IMG/VR virus record: IMGVR_UViG_3300027808_000032
Span: 1-59,049 of that record
Reading direction: 5' to 3' (one strand)
Length of the DNA: 59,049 nt
From: a virus
Lineage: Duplodnaviria; Caudoviricetes
Positions 30,879-41,600 of this stretch are shown here, one piece after another. Position 1 is the stretch's first letter, and every line of letters starts with the position of its first letter. The notes beneath the pieces are model-generated. The model was not told the DNA's origin and searched no databases. It worked only from the letters and a program-made list of their open reading frames with translations. The position numbers were made by a program, and so were the translations under genes.

Positions 30879-32624
30879 ATGGCAACATTCTATAAGTACG
30901 CAGAAAGGAACGCTCAGTCGCAAATAAATTGGGCGGAGGTTGGTCGCAATATCACAGACACCTTAAGAGAGGAGGCGAAGCTGCGTGAAGAAAAGATTGC
31001 AGCTATTGATGAGAACACAAGGCAGGTTGGTCTTACCCTTCAAAATAACCCACAAGGGGAGCATGAAGGGCTGAACCAATGGTCATTGGAATACGCCGCA
31101 AACGCTCAGCAGATGAGGTTGATTCAAGATAGGCTTCTGAAGTCGGGACAACTCAAGGTTAACGACTACACCAAGATGAGGCAGAACCTGTCGGATGGCA
31201 CAGATGGTATCTTTGCTGCACTTGAGGAGTATCAGACGGAGTACGCAGACAAGATGGAGCGTTATAGAAATGGGGACTCTCAACCATTAGAGCAGTGGAC
31301 CATGGCTCAAGCTGAAGGGCTTGCTAATTTTAGCACACACAAGCCGGTGATTGATTCGATGTCAAGCGAGGTGTTTATAGCAAAAATGACAGATGGTAAG
31401 ATTGACAAAAACCCCAACAACTACGTTTCTGTGAGCACTCTTCGCAATAGGATTAAGGGTAAGTTTGACCGGTTCAAGACCGATGACTATGCTGAGAAGA
31501 TTGCTTCGGGGTTTGGTGTTGAAATCCTTGAGGTTGCAAAAAAAATGGGAACAACTTGGGGTAAGATTATTACTAGAGAAGGAGTAAGGGGAGCTATAAA
31601 CCCAAGAGACCAAGCTGCTATTGATTCTTATAATATAGCGGAAAATGCTGCTGTATCATCTGCTCTTACGAATCCATACAACTTTACATCTATCCTTAGC
31701 GACAATGGATATAGCTTTACTTTTGACCCAACAGAAGCAACTAATAACAATAAGCTAATTCTTTTGAAGAACGACCCTAAGAATGGGTATCCGGTGCCGA
31801 ATACAGAAGGTAAGAATTACAAAGCTCAAATGGGTGAAGCCGACAAGCTCTTAAGAAACATCATCCGCTCGAAGATGGATAAGAAGACAGAGGAAAAGAC
31901 ATTTGGAATTACTCAAGTTACTCCTCGGCAGGCCGCCACAAGAACACAAGGAGAAATAACAGCAGATGCCAATACAAGTATGATTGGAAGGTTGTACACA
32001 GGCAAAGGGGATTTAAAAACAGCATTGGAATATTTTAGGGGTAGATTGCCGGCAGGAAGTACAATAACAAGAAATGAAAAAGGCATTACAATAACAGATG
32101 CAAATAATAAATCGACAGATATATCATTTAAAAATGATGATGGAAGCATAAAGAACCAAGCACAATTTATAGAGTCAGCATCATCAGCACTTTTAAGTCC
32201 TGATGATAGTGCAAATGTTATTGGCCTTGTAAAAACAGGTGGTTACAGCAAAGGGGAGTTTGACCCTACAGGAAAAGGGTCTGCTACTGTGCAAAAACCA
32301 AAGAATATTACTGAAAAGCATAGGTCTCGTGTAGGTGGAATTCAAATTCCTCAAGACAGTGAAGCAGCATCTGTTTCTTATTTACAAAAACAATTTGGTG
32401 CAGCAGGATTTACATTTAAACAAGCAGGAGTTGATTACCCGGGGGGTCCTAATAAAATAGAAATAACTGATGTCGATGGAAACTCACAAGATTTTGAAAC
32501 AACTGATGCCGCAGGAATAAAAGCATTCCTTAGTAATAAATTTAATCCAACAAAGGCTAATGTAGCGTCGTATTCCGAGGATTTGAATGAAAGTCAGAAC
32601 GTAGATTATAGCACTTATAATTAA
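30879..32624 (+). CDS. Internal virion (ejection) protein
   Basis: 581 aa helical protein preceding the giant gene. Confidence 0.55.
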   Translation: MATFYKYAERNAQSQINWAEVGRNITDTLREEAKLREEKIAAIDENTRQVGLTLQNNPQGEHEGLNQWSLEYAANAQQMRLIQDRLLKSGQLKVNDYTKMRQNLSDGTDGIFAALEEYQTEYADKMERYRNGDSQPLEQWTMAQAEGLANFSTHKPVIDSMSSEVFIAKMTDGKIDKNPNNYVSVSTLRNRIKGKFDRFKTDDYAEKIASGFGVEILEVAKKMGTTWGKIITREGVRGAINPRDQAAIDSYNIAENAAVSSALTNPYNFTSILSDNGYSFTFDPTEATNNNKLILLKNDPKNGYPVPNTEGKNYKAQMGEADKLLRNIIRSKMDKKTEEKTFGITQVTPRQAATRTQGEITADANTSMIGRLYTGKGDLKTALEYFRGRLPAGSTITRNEKGITITDANNKSTDISFKNDDGSIKNQAQFIESASSALLSPDDSANVIGLVKTGGYSKGEFDPTGKGSATVQKPKNITEKHRSRVGGIQIPQDSEAASVSYLQKQFGAAGFTFKQAGVDYPGGPNKIEITDVDGNSQDFETTDAAGIKAFLSNKFNPTKANVASYSEDLNESQNVDYSTYN

Positions 32625-32652
32625 TCAAACACAATTTTAGTAACTTTGTAGT

Positions 32653-35600
32653 ATGGATGAACAGGTGCTACAGGACCTTTATGCAAGGGCCCAATCATTA
32701 GGATACAAAAAAGGAATAGAAGACTTTCGTACTCTAATCCAAACAGACCAAAAGGTCCAAGACGATAACTTCGCCTACGTACAAAGCAGAGGATACAAGA
32801 AAACAAAAGAAGATTTCTTTGGCCTATTGGGGATGAACCAATCCACAAGCACCATCCCATTAAAAAAAAAAGAGTCACCCCAAAGTACGGAATCGTTATC
32901 GGACGATGGTTCATTGGGGCAATCTATGCCGGAGGTTACAAAGAAGACTCTCAGTAAAGTTGGCATAGAGCCACAACCAAAGCCAAAAGAAGACCCTCTT
33001 CGATTCAACCAAATGCCCCCTCAAATGCAGGTTGAGGAGGCGTTTAAAATTATACAAGGGAAAGGATACCAAGGCACAAGGGAAGACTTCATTTCCGAAT
33101 ACGGAATCCAAGTTCCCCAAACCCAAGAAGAGGAGTATAAGAACAAGGACATCTTTGCTCAGAATATCAGGAATGCCTACAGCGGTGCACTTCGATACTC
33201 TCCTCAGAAGAAAGAGGTGGTTGCTCCGGCCAAGGCCGAGCCAACGCCCATGGAGCAATCCAAGGAGCAGTTTGCCGAGCAGTTCCCAAAGACCATAGAG
33301 AGAATAAAGCAAGCACCCGAAGAAGCTAGGAAAGCCGGAGAGTATTTAGAAAATGTTCGAAAGGGTGAGCGCGAGGCTGAGTTAGCTCAGATGCAATCCA
33401 ATCAACAAGACGAAGAGTTTTTGCGTTTGGTATCCGGGGTTGACAACCTATACATAAAGGGGGCATCAGAGGAGAAAGCAGAAAGGGAGCTCAACGAAAG
33501 ATTCAAGAAGTACGGAATAGTGTTTGCCCAATCTAAGGCCGGCCACGACGTTCTTATTGCTCGCACAGCAGATGGAAAGAAGAGCATTGAGATTCCTCTT
33601 GCGGTGTCCACTGCTGATTCAAACTCAAAAAGACTCAGAGACTTTATCATACAAAACGGAAAGGCTCAGACGGAGTCTATGTCCGAGGACCTTATCACCA
33701 AATCATTGCGTGCACAGAATATGCGCCGGGTGGGTAGACTCAACAAGGATGGCAGCACATCAACGGTTGAGTTCATGTCCTTTGAGCAGGACGGAAAATT
33801 CCTTGTAGCTCCTACATTATTTCCAAAGGACAAGCTGAACTATGGTGCAGACCCAAGAGGATGGATGAAGCTAGAGCCGGCCAAAGCAATCGAAGAGGCC
33901 CGGGCGAGAGGTGAGCTGTTTGAGTTTAAGACCAAGGCCGAGGCAGAACGATTTTCAAAGGGGGCTTGGAAGGATGTTACGATGTCAGACTTGGAGGGGC
34001 AAAAGTTCTTTCAAGAGCGTGGCTTAGACTACTTCGACTACAAGAACAGAAGGGACGAGCTGTTGTCTATCGACAAGGAGCAGTCCCTAATTGAGAATGT
34101 AAGTGCCGCCATTAAGAGGGGTGAAATCACAAACGCGAAGCAGTACTTTTCAAAGAAACTTTCTCCGGAAGAGGCCACGAGGTACTCCTACCTTTTGAAT
34201 GGAAACAATCTTCGCCCCGACTTGGAGTCATACGTTCAGAAGCGTCAGCAACAAAAGAACGAGCTTTACGCCCAAGTGGAGGACCGCACTTTCTTTAACG
34301 ATGGAAAGGCTCAAACAACATTTGAGGACTTCGATGTTTACCTTAATAAGAAGTCTGATGAGTCAAAGAAAAAGGCTGAAGAAACAAACAAGATAGCAAA
34401 GCAGAAGTACGAAGAGCTAAATGCTGTCTCATTGGAGGCTTTTGGCATACCGGCAACACAGTTGATGACGTACAAGCCGAAGACCCAAGATGAGGTGAAC
34501 GTGATAAACGACATCAAGCAAAGGATGTCAGCCGTTGTTGAGCTGCAAAAAGTATCTGCTGAACGATACTATGCTTCATCTACATTTTTTAATTCAAAGC
34601 TGAACAAGGCTGCTCGCAATGAGTACGATGAGAACATGGCTGCTTGGTGGAGTGAGTTTAACTCTGCTTGGGACCGAGGTGAGGCCGGGGCACAGTTGAT
34701 GAAGACAATCATGGGTGTAAACTCTATTGAAGAGGGAGGTCAGTTGATTTCAGAGGCTATGCAAGATGCCGAGGGGGGTACTCGTAGCCGAGCTTTCCAA
34801 ACGTATATGTCTTCCGGTGCTTTACTTGCCGGGGACGAAAGGGCTACAAAGGCTTTTTGGTCTGACCCATTTGAGATAACGGCAAACCTAGTAGCTACGA
34901 GTCTTGCTCAGCTTCTTCCTATAGGGCTGAGGATTGTTCCTGCTACAACATTGTCAGGTGCCGGTATAGGTGCCGGAATTTCTGCTGCATCAACAGGTGG
35001 TTTAGGAACCATTGGAGGTGCAGTTTCGGGGGGTAAGTATGGTTTCCAAACCGGCATGGAGATGGCAAACTTTGCCATGGAGTACACGAACTCATTCTTT
35101 GAGGCAGCTCAAGAAAGAGGTTACGACGTGAAGGACCCCGAGCAGTTTGTCAATGCTTACGCTGACGAAGCAGTTTGGAATGAGACCAACAACATTGGTA
35201 TTCGAAGAGGCTTAGCCATTGGCGGAGTTGGCTTGATGTCGAGCAGTCTTGCCGGCAAGGTATTCAAGGTTAGCAAGCTCGCATCTAAGGCTCAGAAGGT
35301 AGGTACATTTGTTGCTGAGCGTGCTGTTTTTGACCCATTAATGGAGGGTGCCGGAGAGCTGTTAGCTCAAGAGTGGTCTACCGGAACCTATGACCTAAAG
35401 GAGATTGAGGGTGAGATGATGGGTGGTATTGGTAACAACGCCATTTCAGCAGGATTTAACATGGCTACTTCGGCATTGAAGAACACCAACATTGACTATG
35501 CCAATACGCTTACTGATATCTCTGCTGTTGCCGAGGAGTCTGCGAGTGATGAGCGCATATCAAATTGGGCATCGAATATGAAGAGGCTTGGTCAGATTGA

Positions 35601-38600
35601 TGCAGAGACTGAGCAGAGGATACAGCGGAATGTTGGATTGCGTAGGGAGTCTAAGGACTTGTTGTCTGTTGGTGACAACGGAAAGATAGCTTCAAGGGAT
35701 TCCAAGCTACAAGCAAGGATGATGGAGCTGATGGCTGCACGCGATGAGATGTCATCCACAAACAATCGGCGTGAGGTGTACCGAAACTACATAGCTCAGG
35801 TGAACGAGGAGCTGAGGGAGATTGCAGAGACCAAGAAACTCCGGTCCCCGGAGAATTCTGTCAACTTGTCTACCATGAATGCTCCTACGTCAGCCCCCGG
35901 AATGCCTAAGTACAGCATCAATGGTCGCTCTATGACCAAGGAGAACTTTATGGATTCTGTTGCCAAGATGTCGAAGTCAAGGTATATGCGTTCTCGCATT
36001 GTTGTTGACAATGACGAAGTGGCCATGGGTGAGCTTAACCAAAAACTGACAGACAAAGGATTCATAACTAAACCAAAGACAGATGCCGTTCAAGAGCAAA
36101 GCACAGCGCAGTTATCTCCACAAGTTTCAGCCACAGTTGGCGAAGGAGTGGGAGAGCAAGTACCCGGTCAAGAAGAAGTTGCCGGAGAAGTTGACCAAGA
36201 GCGTCTCCGAGAAGAGACGCAACAGCAAGTAGAGCAAAGTCGTGGCAGGCTGAGTGAGTTAGAGGATGCTATTCCGGCGGTGATGGAGGTTACTCCGGAG
36301 GTTCTTGTTCAGGCCACCAACAATGAGTTGGCACCCGAGCAGTTGGATGGGGTGTTGTCCTCTATTGCTGACGATATCATATCTGAGACTGAGCTAAGTC
36401 CTGAGCAGGAGACATTGGTATCTGCGAACAAGGCCCGGGTTGATGAGTTGGTTTCATTAAAGTCTGAGCAGGAGGCATTGAGCTCCGAGGTGAACGACTT
36501 AGAAAGTATGTTGGGTGAAAGTGGTGGCGTTCAATTTAGAGCTGAAGAGGGTGTAACCACCACAAGGGATGCGGATTGGGATTCTAAGGCTAAGGCGGAG
36601 CTTCCGGCTTCGAGCTTTGAGAGTGACGAGGCTTTTAAATCTACGGTTCGCGATGGTCAGTGGGGGATGCTTACTGCGGAGAATCCTGATGCAACCCAAG
36701 TATCTGATGCGGTGAATAAACAAGTAAATGAGCGTGCGGAGGAGTGGTTACGTAGCCGGGGATATACCCCCCAACCTATTTTTGGAAAGTATGGGAACTC
36801 TGAAAACAGCTTTTTTGTTGAGGGGTTAACCACAGAGGATGCTGTTGAGTTTGCCCGGGAGTTTTCTCAAGAGAACGTAGCTACGGACAAGGGTCTTGTG
36901 TATCAAGATGGCAAGATGAATCCAAGGCAGAAGGGTCAAGAGACCTTTGCTGCGGCCGATGATTTTTACAGCACCATTAAGATTGGAGATAAGCAGACAG
37001 ACTTCTCTGTTTCTTATGCTGACAACAAGGTTGACAGTGGCGCTAAGGTTGAGACAAAAAAACCTGCTGAAAAAACACAAGCTCGGAAGACCGGAACGCA
37101 GTTCCGGGCCGGGGAGAATCCCTTGCAAGATGTAGAGAGTACGGCCAAGGCGTTGGATGGGGTTGATGGAGATGGCTTAAATAAAATAAAAAGTAATTTT
37201 ATTATAAGAAAAGCCGAAGAGATTTCAAAAAAATTAGAATACTTAAACTGCGATGCATTCTGCCATAAACTTGTAAACAACAGATTATTTAAAGATGTTT
37301 TTGATAAGGTAAACTTTAAAATTAAATTTGGAGGAAAAACTGAAAAAGTTGTATCCGAATTGCAAAAAATATTAAAGGTTGGTGACATTATAGCATTTGG
37401 AGATAAGAATGATGCAAGGCACTACGCAGTTTATTTAGGGGATGATTCTGTGTACGAAGTTGAAGGGTGGGGAGAAAAGCCAAGAAAGTATAGTCTATCT
37501 AAAAACATAGATACATACACAGGTTTAAATAACATCTACAGGGACAACGAATTAAATAAAGAAATCTCCGAAGCCTACCACAAGGCGAAGGAGGACGGAA
37601 GCAATCCCGAGTTGGTTAAGGCGGTAGAGGATTTGTTGGGAGCGCCAAAAGCCGGACCGCAGACGCGCATTGACACAAAAAGGGGAAAGAAAATAGGGAA
37701 GTTTGATGCACTCGAAGGTGCACCTAAAACTAAAGGGCTAGTAGGACCCGACCCCAACCTTGTAGCAGTAGCAGAAGAGTACGCAAAGAAAAACGGAATC
37801 CCATTTGCACGACAAGGAGAATACGTACAAGCTAATGAGAAAAGAGGGAAAAGGATAGCACTTGCTTTTGATAGAATGAAGCATGACCCATCTAACCCTA
37901 AAGTAAAAGAGGCATACGCTGACCTTATTCGGCAAACAAAGATGCAGTACCAAGCATTGGTCGATGCAGGATATGAATTCACATTCTTTGATTCCAACTC
38001 AGACCCCTACCAAGGGAACCCATCAAATGCGATGCGCGACCTTCGTGAAAATAAAAAGATGGCTGTGTATGGAACATACGATGGATATGGTACGGCCGGG
38101 ATAACAGCCACTGCCCAAGCAGAAAACCCTCTGTTAGAAGACACCGGTTTTAAATGGAAAGACATAAATGGCGTAGAGCATTCTGTTACAGCAAACGACC
38201 TTTTTAGAGCAGTTCATGATGCATTTGGCCATGGATTGGAAGGAGCCGGATTCCGAGCAAGGGGAGAAGAAAATGCTTGGCAGGCCCACGTAAGATTGTT
38301 TACAGGCCCTGCCGTTGGAGCCATCACATCAGAAACAAGAGGCCAAAATAGTTGGTTGAACTTCGGTCCTTACGGAGAACAAAACAAAAAAGCAAGTGTT
38401 TTTGAGACTGTATTTGCTGAGCAAAAAATTGGCTTAATGCCGGAGTGGACTTGGACTGAAGGTCGGGCTATGGATATGCCATCTGAAGAAACTTCAGTAA
38501 CAGAAGAGGTCCAAGAGATTGATGAGGATGCTGAGGTTGAAAGAATCGTTAGTGAAATGAACGAGTTGGAGAGCCCACTCGTAGACACATCTGCCCAAAT

Positions 38601-41600
38601 TGAATCAACAGAAGGTGTGTCAACAGATGTGGAGGAACTAAACAGCAGGCTTGACGCTCCACTCGATGTGGTAAACATTCAAATTCTTGATGGGGTACCG
38701 GTGCTTATCACAATCTCAGACCAACTTGTCGCATCCAATAAGGGTGTTAAAGACAATGTAACAGGCAAAAAGATTACCAATCTTTTCGGTGGCTTAGGAT
38801 TCAACGGAATTAAAAAGTTCTTGAATGCAGCTTGGGCAAATATAGGTGAGAATGAAGCTAAATCTCAACACAAAAAAGCTCTTGAAATATACGAAAACAA
38901 CAAAGCAATCATTGAAAAGTTTTGGGCAGACAACCCTAAGTACGATGGGCACGTCCCCATGTTGGTTGTAAAAATGGGGGAGAACTCAATACTTTCAAAC
39001 GAGGCCGTATCAAGATTGCTTATTGAAAGGATTAAGTCTTTAAATCTTTCAGAAGATACAAAGAAAGAAGCATTTTCAAATTTACAAGAGAGGCTAAACA
39101 AATTTGTAGAAAAATACAATGCAAAATTAAAAGAAGGTAAAAAAGCAAAAGATATAGATGCAAGCATAAAGAACCCTTATACTTTAGCTAAGTTTATTAG
39201 TGACAAAAAAATAAAGGATTTTAATGGTGTTTTAAAAAGCATATCTAAAATGCCTACTACTGCAAAGGCTGAGCTTATTAAATTATTAACATCAGGCGAA
39301 GCGAGAAAAGCCGGGGACCCTGCAAAAAATCCGAACCCCCCCAAGAAAGATAGTATAGCAAACATACTTCTTGGAGACAACAAAAATTATTCTTTGCTAA
39401 GCATACAATCTATAACTGATGTATTAACAGAGCCATCGATATCTAATGTTCCCATTGGAAGCGTTATATCTGTGGTGGGTGTTAAGGTTGCAGAGAAGCA
39501 AGCCGATGGAACATACAAGCAGGCCGGTGGTCCCATATCAGTTGACCACCCAAACTATAAGCATGGAGCCGAGGGGATGTCTTTTGGTGTTGTGAAAAGC
39601 CCTATGACAATCCAAAGCATAATGCCTGCCGCATATGATGCTGTAGTATCAAAAAACATTGAGAAGGTAAGAAAAGGAGCAAATCCTATTGGTGCAAGCT
39701 ACGCTACAGCGATTGGTTTTGGGGCACCAAGTTTAGTAGGAAGAACCATCAGCACCAACCCTCCCAAGATGATGGCCTTGATATCACTTATCAATAAGGC
39801 TTTCCCAAATGTTTCAGTGTACACCACATCCGCCGCGTTTAACCGGATACTTGAAAACTCTGAAACAAAGCTGACGATGAAAGGAGACGCAGTTCTCTAT
39901 GGAGTCACAGCCAACGGTGATATCTACATCAACCCCGAGGTGCACAACACAGAGTCTGAGCTTTTCAACACAATCATCCACGAGTTCGGGCACGTTTGGC
40001 TTAATATGCTTTTGACTTCTCCTGAAGGAAGTAAAGGAAGAAAGCTGTATCAACAAGGGATAAACATCATAAGAGAAGGAATCAAGACGGACCCTAAGCT
40101 AAAAGCTCTATACGACCGTCAGATGAAGTTGTTTAACAACAATGAAGCCGATGCCATCAACGAGATGTTGGCAATCTTGATTGGTAACCGGGGAGAGATG
40201 ATATCAAAGGCGAGCACCGACATCAGAAACAAGTTCAATGACTTCTTGCTTGCTATGTGGGAGTACGTCCGCGCTACATTCAAGATGTCCAAGGACATTA
40301 GCGTAGATGAAATCTCTAACATGAGCCTTGATGATTTCTTGGGTACAGCCATGGCAGACCTACTCAGTGGGCAGGACATGAAGATATCCGATGCTCAGCT
40401 CACAAAGATGAGGAACCTAACCTCTATGGCTCGCCAAGATGACTCAATGCAGAGCATCATTGACTTGGGCCGGGAGAACGGATTCTCAGACCAATCCATC
40501 AAAGAGATTCTAATGCGGCGTGGCTTTAAAGCTGCCGACATAGATACCGCCATGGAGGTCCGCGTAGACCTAATGACTGAACTGCCCGATGCGTTTACCA
40601 ACGTAGAAGGTGGCGTGAAGCAAGGTATGAAGCTATTCGCGGATGTACGTCAGCAGCTCAGCAAGTATGCCAAGAAGAAAGTAAAGGAGGCCGATGGCAC
40701 CACTCGTACTCGGACCATGTCAGAGATACGTCAGAAAGCCTTAGAGCTTCTCAAGGAGCACCCCATATTCAATGCCCAAGCAACCATAACAAAAGATGAA
40801 CTCATCTTGGCTTTCGATAGGTCAATGTCAACTCGGGCAAACAGGGGTGTCGATGCTCAGATTGCAGAGATAAGGAAGGGCCTCAAATCAAAGAAGATGG
40901 GCGTGAAGGAGTTGGCTGAAGCTCAAAATAAGCTCATCAATTTTGTATCAAGCGTACTTCCTCAATCAAAGGGATATAGCACAGCAAGGATTGAGCGTAT
41001 AGTTCGATTGATTGGAAGCACAAACATAAACAACTTCGATGCTCAAGCCGAGCGCGTGATGAAGATTGTTGAGGCTCAGAAGGATTTGATGGCCAAGAAG
41101 GATATTGCTGACGCTGTTGCAAGGCAAAGACAAGAGATGCGCGACCGCCGGGCCGGACAAAAAGAGCTTCGTGCAATTCAGATTACACTGAAGAACTTCA
41201 TCAGAACCAACCTGCCAAAGTCCAAAGGCTATAGCCAACTTATGGTGAACCGATTGGTTGCTGCTGTCGCAAACACCACAACACAAAATTACGTAGCGCA
41301 AGCTGTAAGGGTTCTGAATATAGTTGATAAGCAGCGCAAACTGATGTCCAACCAAAGGATAAGGGAGATTGCAAATGTCATAGTCAAGTCATCTAGGATA
41401 GCCAAGACCGGCTCAAATAAACGTCGGGCCGGCCGGGTGGATGCCGACACTCAGTCTCTGTTCGCAACAATGAAGCAGACCATGAGGGCATTGGCAATGG
41501 CAAAGAAGGGTGACTCATCCATGCTTGACAGGATTTCAGCATCTGTGGACCCTGCGATATTGGCCGGCAAGGGCATTGACCTTGATGATGTACAACAGAA

